A stretch of DNA of 64,000 bases, from contig CM039000.1 in assembly GCA_017499595.2 (NCBI GenBank), forward strand, positions 2,418,001 to 2,482,000, read 5' to 3'. Below the pieces are notes generated by a model. The model did no database searches and was not told the origin of the DNA. It saw only the letters and a program-made list of their open reading frames with translations. This DNA is from Psilocybe cubensis. Lineage: Eukaryota. Positions 23,427-36,099 of this stretch are shown here, piece by piece. A program made the translations under genes and the position numbers. Every line of letters starts with the position of its first letter. Position 1 is the first letter of the stretch.

Positions 23427-25788
23427 ATGAAGTTGACAGACAAGATTAGCGCCCGTGATGCGTCTAATCCATTCTTTACTTTCGAGTTTTTTCCTCCCCG
23501 CACAGATCAGGTCAGTCTCCTCAGTTCAGTGTTGCTTCACATCCCAATTTTGTTCATGGTCGTCTTTCATCTAGGGCTTCGAGAACTTGATGTCCAGAAT
23601 CTCGCGATTGTCATCTCTGAATCCCTTGGCAATCAGTGTAACATGGGGCGCCGGAGGATCCACCAAGGATCGTAGTCTTGAGCTCGCTGGATTGACCCAG
23701 CATAGTGATCTGGACACCATCTTGCATTTGACATGCACCAACATGGAAATAGGCCTCATCGACCAGGTTCTAAGTGTATGCTTAATTTGTTACTACTTTA
23801 TACCTCCTACTAAAGTGATTCTGAAGGCGGCAAAAGATCAGGGGATACACAACATTCTTGCACTCCGGGGTGGTAAGCACTCTTAGGGGTCACTTTCTCT
23901 GAATATGCACCGAGCCTCTCATCCAGATCCTCCCCGAGGCGAGGAAGAATGGACAGCATCTGATCCTCGCTTCACCCGTGCTGTTGATCTTGTTTCTTAT
24001 ATCCGTTCCATTCCCGAATATTCGTCGTGGTTTTGCGTTGGCGTAGCAGGTGATAATTGCTGATCTATTCCATTGATTCTTTGTTCATCGAATCCGATAG
24101 GTTATCCTGACGGCCATGCCGACAATCCGGTAGACGAGGACACAGAAATCAGCCGTCTCAAAGAGAAAGTTGATGCTGGTGCAGATTTTATTATCACACA
24201 GCTCTTCTATGATACAAACCATTTTTTGTTGTGGTACAGAAAAGTTAGGGCAGAAGGTCAGTCATTCATATGCTCAAGAGAATAACTATCCACATTGTAT
24301 CAGGTATCGATGTTCCTGTGATTCCTGGTATTATGCCCATTCAAACCTACTCGTCGTTCTCAAGAGTGACGAAATTATCGGGTGCCCGTGTTCCCGAATC
24401 AGTATCAGCGGCTCTTGCAGCTATAAGCGTAGGTCTTCTACGCGTTTTGGAAAGTCTTCATATAGCTAATCTATTGTTAGCAAGACGATCGACTTGTCAA
24501 AGACTACGGTGTAAAGCTGGCGACGGAAACTGTTCGTAGGCTGAATTTCGAAGCAGGGATCAAAGGTTTCCACTTTTGCACCTTGAATCTAGAAAAAAGC
24601 GTACAACGTGTATTGGAGAACTTGGGTTGGGCTGGGTCACCTTTTTCCACTCAGAATAAACTCATAATCGTAAGTTTTTTCGCGCCTTCTTATGCTGGTA
24701 CTCATTTTTTTGTGTTCTCTAAGGATTCGTCCTCCAATCCCCCACCCTCTAACATTGATTCCACGCTGGTGATATCCCCGTCCAGTGCAACTAATTCAGC
24801 AACTGTTGGTCTGTCAACTTTGGCAACCAGTGAAGGAGAGGCCGGCCAAGGTGAACTTAACAACGCTGCAACTTGGGATGATTTTCCAAATGGTCGCTTC
24901 GGCGATTTCAAGAGTCCAGCCTTTGGAAACCAGGATTTATATGGCGGATTTGGCATTTCTGTGAGCATCTTTGCCATATTCAGATCACTATGCATAATTC
25001 ATTTTTCACAGAAAAACGAAGCACTTGCTCTTTGGGGTAACCCCAAGGAGGCTTCAGAGCTAACCCAGATATTTCTCAACTATCTTCATTCCAAAATACC
25101 GACCACACCATTCTCTCCTTCACCATTGTCTCCAGAATCGCAGATGATCTTTTCACACCTAGAAAATCTCACTAAACGAGGTTGGTGGACCGTGGGATCG
25201 CAACCAGCAGTGGACGGGACAGACTCTTCGGACGATGTGGTAGGCTGGGGGCCAAGGTCAGGATACGTTTTCCAGAAATGTTTTGTGGAGTTTTTCTGTG
25301 GTCTGAAAGAGGTTGAAGAGATCGTAAAGAAGATTGAAGAAAAGGGGAATGGATGGGTGCACTACTTCGCTGGTGATTACAAGGTATTCGAATGCTTTCG
25401 CTCTTCGTCATCAGTTTTCTCGGAAACTGAATTGCTCGTCTTCACAACAGGGTGAATTCCGTACGAATGTCCCCGCTAATGGAAGAAATGCTGTAACATG
25501 GGGTGTTTTCCCCGGGCAGGAAATAGCGCAGACCACGATCATCGAAGCGGAATCGTTCCTTTCCTGGAAGGTATATCAGAATATCTACCTTTCTTTTAAT
25601 CATAGTTAACGACCTCGCAGGACGAAGCATTTTCTATTTGGTCTGAATGGGCATCTTTCTATCGTCCAGGTTCAGAAGAAAGAAAACTTCTTGAGGGTGT
25701 AAGGGACGACCGTTGGCTGGTTAGTATTGTTCACCACGACTACAAAAACAAGGACGCTCTGTGGACTTTTTTACTGGATGGCCATTGA
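23427..25788 (+). CDS. MET12: Methylenetetrahydrofolate reductase (Met12/Met13 family; linker looks Met12-type)
   Basis: FTFEFFPPRT, SVTWGAGGST, HLTCTN, NILALRGDPP, LKEKVDAGADFIITQLFYD, PGIMPIQTY, HFCTLNLE, TWDDFPNGRFGD, NAVTWGVFPGQEI. The RPIFW segment of Met13/human MTHFR is not seen, so the paralog assignment is tentative. Confidence 0.9.
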
Positions 25789-26053
25789 AAAATAATCTAC
25801 GGGCGTTCTGTTTTTAACGCAATGTTCAACGCATCTTATATTTTGAATACATGTTCTCTAGTACATGTATGTACTGCGTATAGTAGTTATGAGAATTGTA
25901 TGCAAATAAAAAATAAATGACACTGATCCAACGAGGCCCTCGTACCTGCTTATATAGAAAGGACAGGATGTGTCCCCGAATCGAATGCCGAGGTCATGAT
26001 CAGCAACTGGTTGACGAACGGCGTATGCCCAACGCAAACTTGGATTGACCATG

Positions 26054-26635
26054 TTAAAGCAACTCGGACCTGTCTTCCTCGTACTCTTCAGTGTCTCCAT
26101 CATTCATTTCTTCAGTGTTATCAGCAATCTCCTCGTCGAGATCTTCCATACTTTCGTCAAGATCTTGACCAGAGTCATTTTCTCCATCATCCTCGAGTAT
26201 AGAGGGAGGTCCACCGGTATGCATTGATACAGAATCCTCGGAGTCATCTTCAGCCTGGCCATTCTAAAAAACGAAACATATAGGCAGCGTATTAAGTTCT
26301 TTGGAAAGTAACACACATCATTCTTTTCTTCTTGAAGAGTAAGCGAGCGCCCGATAGGAACAAGAAAGGAGAAGCCTCGATCACGAACAGCGGCGTTCTA
26401 ACAATCATTTAAGAATAATTCACTCGTTTTCTGACAAAAATTAACTCACCAATTCTTCGAGTTCGTGCTCCTCATCGCTGAGGTCGTCCATTTCACGTTG
26501 AATGTCGCGATACGCATTTAGGTGGCCGTATATAGGCTCTTTGGGAAGGGGGACTGGGTGCGGTTGTGGTGGCTTTGGGAGTAAACGAGGAAAATAAGGT
26601 TCATGGGCCAAAAGTGTTGGCCTAGCACCCGACAT
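26054..26635 (-). CDS. Anaphase-promoting complex subunit Apc15/Mnd2-like
   Basis: Three exons: ..DEEHELEEL|NAAVRDRGFSFLVPIGRSLTLQEEKND|..very acidic tail with QDLDESMEDLD. The R..G..(F/W)L.P.G...T motif plus the acidic DLD tail matches fungal Apc15. Confidence 0.7.
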
Positions 26636-26888
26636 ACGTTAACTTTATGCGGAATGTAAGTATTACTACAATGCTGGAATGTTATACGAATTACCAGTGC
26701 TATAGTCGTTTATTTAATAGTAGAATACGGTCATTGGATCAGTATGTACGGTGACATTGTGAGTGTGACCCATTCATCTTGTCACATCCTTCACGTTCCG
26801 CCTACTACTACTTATTACCTTACTACATTTTCTCATCCTATAGCACGCTCTTTGACCAAGACCAACTTGAATGCACGGATAAACTGAC

Positions 26889-29800
26889 ATGTTAACCTCT
26901 CGTTTGGGTCTTATTCTATGGGTTTTATGCGTTCATCTCGCAGGAATTTACCTTTTCACTAGAGGGTTTTTGTTGACGCGACTGTCCTTGTCGAATTCGT
27001 CCACATGCGAAGAATCAAATTGCGGAATCCAACCTACACATAAGCGTGCCGTCTTGCTCATAATCGATTCCCTGCGCTTTGACTTTATAACCCCGAATCC
27101 GCCTTCCCCTCGGTCTCCGTTTCATCATGGCATATTAACCTTGCCGTCTTCCTTGACCCGCAGTTTCCCAAAACACTCTTTCATCTTTAATTCATACGCA
27201 GACCCTCCTACCACAACATTACAACGAATCAAGGGCCTCACTACTGGCTCCTTGCCAACATTTGTTGATTTGGGGAACAATTTTGGAGGTTCTTCAATAG
27301 CCGAGGATTCCATTTTGAAGCAGATGAAAATGGCTGGGAAAAAGGTAATATCCATCTTTTCTACTGACTATAATTCTAACGCAGTTCAAAGCAAGTTAGC
27401 ATTCTTGGGGGATGACACGTGGATGTCGGTCTTCCCTAAGACCTTTAACCCTAACATGACTTTCCCGTACGACTCCTTCAATGTTGAAGATCTTCACACT
27501 GTCGATGATGGCATAATAAAGCATCTGTTCCCTTTATTGGAGGATCCCTCAAAACCATTTGATTTCCTTATTGGCCATTTTCTCGGTGTGGATCATGTAG
27601 GACATCGACTGGGTCCAGACCATCCTAGCATGAAGTTGAAATTGGAGCAGATGAACGCCGTGCTAACCCGTGTAGTGGAGACAATCGATGAAGACACACT
27701 GTTGGTTGTTCTAGGAGACCATGGAATGGATCGCTCAGGTGATCATGGTGGCGATGGGACTCTGGAAACATCAGCTGGAATGTGGATCTACAGCAAAGGT
27801 GCTGCCTTGATGGAAACAGAAACAGAAATTCCAAGCGGTCTATTACAATTTAAAATCTTTCCTGGTTGTGATGTCCCTCACCGTTCAATCCAGCAAATTG
27901 ATATTTTGCCAACGTTATCATTACTCCTCGGGTTCGCAATTCCCTACAACAATCTTGGCACAGTGATACCTGAACTATTCTGGCGAGATCACGGCAATGG
28001 TCTTCTTCGAGCTTCCCTAGAAGTTAACGCTGCACAAATCATGAGATACCTCCAAACGTACAGAAATAGTGCATCTGGGGGCGAATTGAACGACTCCTGG
28101 GAAGGAATTATTTTCTCTTGGACGGCGTCGCAATCTGACAACCTATTTGGAGCAAGCAAGTTAATCATTCTTTTCAATTTTACAAGAGTGGCTTTGGCGG
28201 CATGCCGGGAAATGTGGGCACAGTTCAATCCTCTCCTAATGGGATCGGGTCTTGTGCTCCTCAGTTCAAGCCTTTGTGCCTCCTGGTCGGTGTATTTGGG
28301 ACTCACATCTGTTAAGACCGATTGGAGGGAATGGTTGAAGCCTCGCTTGTCTGGCGTTATCCTTGCTGGTGTCTGTGGAGCAATTCTAGGCATCGCTGGA
28401 CAACAAGTATTGAGAATTTTTGTACCTGGCGTCAGTGCAATTGATCTATCTCTTTTCACGGGTGGGATGGCCTCGTCAGTGAAATTTATCATATCTTCTC
28501 CTCCAAAAATCAGTTTCCGGATGATAAAGTCGGTGCCCATCCTCCTCGTGCTTCACACAGTGGCCTTCCTTTCGAACTCCTTCACTTTCTGGGAAGACAG
28601 GTTCATTCCTTTCTTTCTGGTCACATCTATAGTTCCATACGCTTTGAAAGGGTTTTCAGCTCCAAATAAGAGGCTGAGATATCGTATCCTTGGGTTTTCT
28701 CTCTTGTTCGCTGTTTGTGTGCGCCTAATAGCGATGAGTACCATCTGCAGGGAGGAACAACAACCTTACTGTCATGCTACGTATTTTATCTCTCTCTCAA
28801 ATCCATCACCACCCACAGTAATACTTTATTTCTCGATTCCATTAGCCATCGCGTTACCATACGTCGTCAAGCGGTTCTTACACGTCTCGCGTTCTGATGG
28901 GGGGATCTCAAGAATCTTTTTACCCTTTTTCTTAATCCCTGCCCTTGTGTCAGCGTCGCTTTATTGGATCGTCGACTTACTTCATTCAGAGATTGAACTG
29001 ACAGGGGAAAGTTCAGCAACTTTAAGAACGGCAAAAACATGGCTGGCTCGTCTTGGTTTTGGATGGATCCTGTTAGGAGGTGGTGCATTATGGTTTCTGG
29101 TCCCTTTATGCCTAGATATCCAGGTATCGAAATCTCAAGACGGAAAACGGCAAATTCAAGTCGTGGGATATGCAAACGCGTATGGGTCGCCGTACCTTAT
29201 ATTTTGGTCAATATCGCTCGGCTTGGTCTATATTAGCACGCAACTGACGGGTCATTTTGTGCTGGCAATCTCTATAGTTGCCTTATTATCCTTCTTAGAG
29301 CTGTTAGACAGTTATCGCGATACTGTTGCCATTCACACTGCCTGTGAATCATCGACACCATCCTCCGTACTTGATGCCGCCTCAGCAATGAGGTTCTCTC
29401 CCTCAGTTAGGTTTATAGACGTCATTCCCATCGCTCTGTTGGGTTTGCATGCTTTCTATGGAACAGGCCACCAGTCAACCATTCAATCTATTCAATGGAA
29501 GTCTGGATTCATGATCACTCCAACAGCAAACTATTTTTTCGCTCCAATAACTGTATTACTCAATTCTGTCGGTCCCGTCTTTTTATTCGCACTAGCGACA
29601 CCTTTGGCAGCGCTCTGGAATAGGTCGCCTTTACCCATCAGCGTAACACAGCCTGAAGCAGACGTACAGGTCAAAGGAGAAAGTACATTAGCTGCGTTAG
29701 GGATAGTGATATATTATTCGGCTTTACTACTAGGATCAACAGTCAGCGCAGCAGTCCTTCGAAGGCATTTGATGGTTTGGAAGGTTTTTGCGCCACGGTT

Positions 29801-29921
29801 CATGACTGCTGTTCTGGAGTTGTTGGCTGTTGATTTGGCTGTTCTGATCGGTGTCGGTGTTGGCCTCGAGAGGATAGTTCAACGTTTATCGAAGACATTT
29901 CACGGGGAAGCTGTTTCCTGA
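26889..29921 (+). CDS. GPI13: GPI ethanolamine phosphate transferase 3 (PIG-O)
   Basis: FTRGFLLTR, IIDSLRFDF, ADPPTTTLQRIKGLTTGSLPTF, GHFLGVDHVGH, GDHGM..GDHGGD, SNSFTFWED, FYGTGHQST, LRRHLMVWKVFAPRF; one probable in-frame 51-nt intron at 27345-27395. Confidence 0.96.
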   Translation: MLTSRLGLILWVLCVHLAGIYLFTRGFLLTRLSLSNSSTCEESNCGIQPTHKRAVLLIIDSLRFDFITPNPPSPRSPFHHGILTLPSSLTRSFPKHSFIFNSYADPPTTTLQRIKGLTTGSLPTFVDLGNNFGGSSIAEDSILKQMKMAGKKVISIFSTDYNSNAVQSKLAFLGDDTWMSVFPKTFNPNMTFPYDSFNVEDLHTVDDGIIKHLFPLLEDPSKPFDFLIGHFLGVDHVGHRLGPDHPSMKLKLEQMNAVLTRVVETIDEDTLLVVLGDHGMDRSGDHGGDGTLETSAGMWIYSKGAALMETETEIPSGLLQFKIFPGCDVPHRSIQQIDILPTLSLLLGFAIPYNNLGTVIPELFWRDHGNGLLRASLEVNAAQIMRYLQTYRNSASGGELNDSWEGIIFSWTASQSDNLFGASKLIILFNFTRVALAACREMWAQFNPLLMGSGLVLLSSSLCASWSVYLGLTSVKTDWREWLKPRLSGVILAGVCGAILGIAGQQVLRIFVPGVSAIDLSLFTGGMASSVKFIISSPPKISFRMIKSVPILLVLHTVAFLSNSFTFWEDRFIPFFLVTSIVPYALKGFSAPNKRLRYRILGFSLLFAVCVRLIAMSTICREEQQPYCHATYFISLSNPSPPTVILYFSIPLAIALPYVVKRFLHVSRSDGGISRIFLPFFLIPALVSASLYWIVDLLHSEIELTGESSATLRTAKTWLARLGFGWILLGGGALWFLVPLCLDIQVSKSQDGKRQIQVVGYANAYGSPYLIFWSISLGLVYISTQLTGHFVLAISIVALLSFLELLDSYRDTVAIHTACESSTPSSVLDAASAMRFSPSVRFIDVIPIALLGLHAFYGTGHQSTIQSIQWKSGFMITPTANYFFAPITVLLNSVGPVFLFALATPLAALWNRSPLPISVTQPEADVQVKGESTLAALGIVIYYSALLLGSTVSAAVLRRHLMVWKVFAPRFMTAVLELLAVDLAVLIGVGVGLERIVQRLSKTFHGEAVS

Positions 29922-30008
29922 TAAAATAGAACAGTATCTTTGTATTCCAAGTAATCGCCTGGCATCCAAGTATTCATTGTTAATCAGCATCACAAATACT
30001 ATAAAAAG

Positions 30009-30398
30009 TGACTCAGAGGTAATTATGACTCCGCCAGTGGCTTTGCTGCGAACTAATTCATTCGCACGAAGTCCGGAAGCCTGGCTTTGGTGGATGCAAA
30101 GTGCTAAGTCTTTGGATACTGTAGTTTATGAGCTTAATTTAATGTGATAGGTTAATCAAAATTTGTTTTTTCGATTCCGTTGCCTTTTGGACAATTTTGA
30201 ATCCTGCCATTGTCTACCTGAAGCTCTAGAGGAGATAAAAAGCTAGTGTTCTCTATAACAAGGTGTCTTTCCCTCCCGAGTCATGGTTTTCACATGATGA
30301 GGCCATGCCAACTTCAGGGCCAGGCTGTAGCAACAACACGAGTTGATGAACGAGTCATTCCGAAATAACTGAGTGGATGCATCTCCAGACAATATAAA
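30009..30398 (+). promoter_or_regulatory. Putative promoter of the F-box gene: four TGACTC/GAGTCA (AP-1/Gcn4-type bZIP) cores and a TATAAA box
   Basis: TGACTCA 30009-30015, TGACTC 30026-30031, GAGTCAT 30278-30284, GAGTCAT 30352-30358, TATAAA 30393-30398; ATG at 30536. Confidence 0.4.
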
Positions 30399-30535
30399 CC
30401 CATTCTTCCGTCGTTCGATCAACAACTGCCCCCTGTCCTAATCCTTGATTCGCATATACCTCTGTATGTGCTGTATTCATTAGCCAACATCGACTCTAAC
30501 TTTCACATCGGTATCTGTGATTTCAATCATCCTCG

Positions 30536-33322
30536 ATGAACAACACTACAAATCTCCCCTTCTTTCCACTTGATGCGCCAGAAACCCTTGGCCTTCCCTT
30601 TGCTAAACTGGACACATCGGAATATCTTCAAGTAGTTCAAGGACCTCGTGTATCTTCTTGTCATAGCAATCCAAAGAGCTACTATGGACCAGTGACAATA
30701 CGTATGATACAACACATTTTTCACCGGACTCAAACTCAGTTAAAGTTACACGATGACAGGAAATTTCCTTGCTGGGTCCGTCAAGAAATCTTTACGGATT
30801 AAAAGAAGCAAAGTTATACAAAGCAATGATGTTTTTCTCCAGATACCTATTGAACTGCAACTAATGGTGCCGATTCACACACACTGAATGTCTCGTTTAC
30901 ACCTCATCTTGAATCTCAGGTCCTGGAATATCTCCACCCTATAGACCTTTACCATCTTTCTCAGACCTCCAAAAGCTTGCGACGCATCATCATGAACCCT
31001 CTTGCAACTGGTGTCTGGAAGGCGGTCTATGCCAGACACCCAGATTTGCCAAAATGTCTTCCTGCAATGTGCGAAGCCAAGTGGACCTTTATGCTTTTCG
31101 GGCCTGGTATATGTGTGGTAACAGACATGTCTATCATTATCCAAGTATTCTGGCTTATTGCTTCTCTTAGGTGTGCGGTAAATATGGGGCACTGACAGAC
31201 TTCTCTTTGCGTAAACAATACTGTGAACCCTGTATGGTCAGTCAGTTTGAGAATCTTTAGTAATTTCGTGCTAATAGTTCCATCATATCTTTCAACATAG
31301 AAGGAAAACTATGCCACCACGCAACAGCTAAAGGATTCCGCTGACAGGGTAGTCTCCGCAGACCATTTGGTCACTTCAATGGTCCCGCGAACCTTTAGAT
31401 ATCGTGAGTCAGTTAATGGCCATGTGGCAATAATATTCTTAAACCGTAAACTGTTTAGATGGTCTTAGATATACTACGTCTTATGTTACCCCTGCGAACG
31501 CCAAATATCTTCGGAAGGACTTTAATGACATGATGAAAAAAGTAACCGTAATGCAGCTACTCATCGATCACGGGGTACCGATGTTAAGGGGCCTTTTTGA
31601 GGACTATAAAAACCGTTTGATTAGCCAAAATCAAAATATGGAATGGGTGAATGCTTCAACCCTACGTCGCTTTCGATTCAGTCTAATTAACTATTCTACA
31701 GTTTGCCGACAAAGCCAACGACTGGGCAAACAGGGTGTTTTCGCAGTGCTCTACTGAAATGGATCTCGCTCTGGTCACCGTTACTGCAAAGTTAATAGTT
31801 CCGGGATCTTTGTTCAAGTCGTTGTTTTAATGACAATGATAATAGATGCAAGAAACGCCTAAAGGATATAGGACACAATATTGTAGACATCAACTATGTC
31901 CAATATGCCATTTCCCAGTCTCTTCGTGGCGCGCAAATATATAAATTGGCTTATCGAAGTGAGTTCTTATTCAACTTCTCCTGCTTAATCGATCATCATT
32001 AAATGTGCGCAGCTTTTAGAAAGATTCGTCCGAAGTTAGAAGCTTTGGTTACTAGTCAAAAAATCATTCGGATTAAGAATGAGCGACGACAGCTTTTAAA
32101 AACAAGATATAGACAGTATCAACAGGCCCTAATCCCGGATGCTTGGCAGTATCAACCTCCTGAAAATTTCTTCCGCGAAGCTGGAGCATTTTCGAACTTT
32201 CTGAACGCGGAATATGTAACCAGAGGTGATATTTCGCGTGAACTGACCGATTCCCTGTTTCCTGGATTGGTGGAGGAGTGGACGAAGAAACGAAAGCTTG
32301 AAATTCTTTCCCTTTTACCGGAAGTGGACACGGAGCAGCCCTTCGAGAAACAAATCCAGAAACTTGATTTGGCAACTTCTGTTATTACATGTAATGATTG
32401 CAAATACATGAACCAAGAAGGTCGCGTCCTGCTGGGGTGGAAGAATATTTGTCGTCATGCACGTAGGACTGTTGGCGGAAATTTGAACCCTTGCTCAGGG
32501 TCTGAAGTTGTCGAACCTGTTGCAGTAGTGGCAGCTACCTCACTTATATGTTGTGCTGGGCTCGACCCGAGAACTACGACCATTCAGGATATGGACTCCC
32601 GTGACGATAGGTTTTTCTGCGGGAATTGCATTCCAGACACATCGAATGGGGTAACAGGCTTGAAGGCCTACAAGTGGACTGAATGTGTAAGGTTCTCCAT
32701 GTACTACTTCGGATTACCTACTGATGTGACTACCAGTTAACCCACACTATGGACATGCATATAGCAAACATTCCCACTCATGAACCACCCTTATGGTTCT
32801 TGCTAACTGAAACTGCAGCTCGATTTGTTCGCGAGCATGAGTATGCTTACCCTCGAGCCACGTTGCCAATATGGCGGTGTGATATATGTCCCGCGCACTA
32901 TGGAGGTGCCGTGACTCAAGAGAGAGCAATCGACCATGTCAACGAAGAGTGGGTTTTCGTATTTTCACTATTTCTAAGACTAATTGCGTTTATCAAACGA
33001 CAAGACACATGATCAACCATCCACGCATTGGCGTAGATTTCAAACTTGACAAAAGAACCCTGTTGAAACGACGGAAACAATTTCGACTCGGAATGGAACC
33101 TGCTTACGAATTTCAGTGTAAGCGTTGCCCCGATATACCAATATGCAAAATATGGACGATGTCAAATCTGATTAATCACCTTCGAGTGAAGTACGTCTAT
33201 TTGCGAATATGTCATGTGTGCGTCTTCATATTGTTATCGCCAGACACAAAGTCGAAAATCCAATTCAAGATGATGATTGGACTCAAGTTCAAATATCAGC
33301 ACTCCAGTCAACCCAGACTTAA
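30536..33322 (+). CDS. F-box protein of agaric-expanded type with C-terminal Cys/His zinc-finger-like motifs
   Basis: Spliced F-box IPIELQLM|VLEYLHPIDLYHLSQTSKSLRRII..GVWKAV..PDLPKC..MCEAKW..LFG; later CNDC..H, FFCGNC..W.EC..H, WRCDIC..H...H and FQCKRC..NHLRVKH. The start codon is uncertain. Confidence 0.75.
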
Positions 33323-33588
33323 CAAGCTCGGCCAGAGCCTTTGGGGCTTGCGGGGTTAAGTAAAGAAAGAGAAAGCAGGTGTTATGTGTCGCGTTGCGTA
33401 TCCTTTGAGGCGGAGGTATAAACATAGTTTGCTACGGCGGCTAAGCAATGAAAGGGTAAAAGAAGCGATTAAGGACAACAAATTGATCACCAACGATTAG
33501 TGGCAAATTAAGAATAAATAATGCATATCAGGTTCACATTCACCTCTAGCGTGAGGCTGAATGCTTGTACGAAGTATAAAAAGGATGC

Positions 33589-35930
33589 TTAAGGCGGAAT
33601 AGGTCCTGTTCGACTTGGTATTAAGTCGTGAGGATCGATTGCAGTAACTTTATTGTTTTTCATAAACCTAGGTCTAAGGGCAAGGGGTCGTACCCATAGC
33701 CTGATCTGACCGCCCTTTGTGGCTGTTAGAATACTGCGAGGAAGGAATTGGATCACTGTAAGGAGATCGCAATCTAGCTGTTTTATCTAAGAAATTTATC
33801 GAGACAGGTTTCATCTGAATGAAAATCAACGAAGATTAAACGTCGACTTACCAGAACAGGTTGTACGAAGGCGATTTCATTGCGGGAAGGAGCCGGGTGA
33901 AACCGTGGCGATGGTGTTTCTTCAAGTTTCGGGGAATTGGTGGCAGGAAGATACTGGGCAGAGCGGTCTCGCTTGTAAGCCAGCGAGATTGTAGACGATA
34001 CTGACATCCGTTGATGATGCGACGCCTATTAATCACACATGTTTATATAATGAGATTGGAAGGCGAATACAAGTAATCACTGACCTGGAACTTAGGACGA
34101 TGAAGTGCACCACTTGAAAAATCCCACTAACGATTATGTTAAGAATGGAAGTGAGAATTTAGAAGAAGATACCCGTACAAAGATCAATTTGTTATCTTCA
34201 GCGACGCTGCCGAAACGATATGTTCTTCCATCGCAGCGCTGTTCGTCAAAAGCAACTGACGACACGAATGACGAATGGCCCTGACATCGAGCTACTACTC
34301 GCTGCTCCCAGGGAGAGAAAATTGTCAAGAGGTCATCCTGGCCACCGGTCTCGGTGATATTAAAAATAAGTAAATATGAAAGCTCCCACAAGGCAAATTC
34401 ATCTGCATACAAGGATAAATCGCCCATCTGGAGACCAAGCCACGCACGTCAAAGCTCCGAAGTAAGAAGCATAGCAGTCGACAAGTCTATATGATAGTCA
34501 AAAGTCAAAACGATGGAAGTAAAAGAAGATATGTACTGTTCAGCTAGTGCATCGATGACCCTCAAACAACCGTCTTCTGATATTGCGGCAACGTATTTTA
34601 CGTCGGGAGAAAAGACAAAGTCTGATTGACGGCGTTTCTGAGATCCAGCGCGAACTATAATATTACATAACTCACCAACGACGCCTTGCTTTGAAAGGCG
34701 CCAATGGCTGACAGGATTCTTGGCAACTTTTTCTTTTTCCGCTTTTCCAACGGCGCTCAGAGCACCCCCACCAGACGTTACCGGATGCCATGGCGGCATT
34801 GTTACGAAGAGGCTGTCTACAGGATCCCATTCTTGTGTAATTCCATCGACCGGTGAGGATACAAAGTTAGAGGATGCATCATTGGTCCCAGAGTTTGGAT
34901 CCTGGGGTGTGAAAGTCCCATCGTCTCGCTCTTTATCATAGACGATGATGGTGCCATCTGCATGTGAAACAAGAAACAGAGTCGATGAGGATGGAACCCA
35001 TCTCACCGCCGTACATGGAGAACCCGATATAGAACCCTATATACAATAAGTTAGCGTTCATTACTTTGATGTACTAATATAAGTGCCCCTGCCTGTTTAT
35101 TGAGGCGCCCATATCGTGAATTGATTGGGTCTATCAACAGACAGTGAGTTCAAATGTAAGATGTGCAAGCTAACTTACTGACCTAGCCATATCAAATCGC
35201 CGGTGTTAAAACCGATTATTACATCTAAACGGTCAGGATTTGCTGTAGAAATGTTGATATCGTGACACGTAGGATGCGCTGAAAAAGTGATTCTGGATAG
35301 AGGTTCCTTTGGGTTGGAAGAATGACTAAATCAACAATGTGCTATGCACATATAGAACCTACTTACTTTGGCTTTGGACCCTGCCTCGATCCAGACGAAG
35401 CTTTTGGCCATATTGTAGAACAAAAATGTGACATCCCCTTGCTTAGATTGTAAAGTTTTCGTCAAACCTTCAGCTGTCTGGATACGGGTGATAAAGGTGG
35501 AAGATGTAGTTCGAATATTGTGCTTTGGCCTTGCTGCTGTTTTCTTCTTTCCGCCAGCGGAAGGATGAGAGAATAAATTGCGGTACTCTGGTGATTGGGA
35601 TGTATTTCCCTGGTCCGAGGAAGAAAGCGGGGGTGGTTCACTTTCCTCTGGAGTATCACTGCTGGATAAGCTGATACCGTCTTCACGATCCTTAGCAGCT
35701 TTTTCTCCTTTATCTTTCTTTGGTTCAGACTTTCCTCCGCCCAAGAGACCAGCAAAACCGGGTACGTTTCCTTGCTTGGGTGGGGGGAAGCGCAAGACGA
35801 TACTAGAGACCCTGGAGGGGTATATTGCAGTTCCTACGCTCATAGCCACGTTTTGAGCATGGTTGGGTTTATGCTCGTCTGTGACTGAATATACACCTTC
35901 CGGTGCTACAAAGGTGGAGTCGTTCTCCAT
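33589..35930 (-). CDS. creC: WD40 protein CreC (WDR20/DMWD-like deubiquitinase cofactor)
   Basis: [101 protein letters not shown]. Confidence 0.92.
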
Positions 35931-36099
35931 GAAGGGGAGGAGACTGCAGGGTAGTGCAACAGAAATATGGACAAGCGTGGTCGCATCCCAAATAAGCAAG
36001 AGCACCGCGTCGTTACTGGGAAAGATAATTTCAGCACTTGAATCCACAACCAAGGTCTGATGGCAAATCCGGATCTTATCCCCTTTTCCTTTCTCTTTC

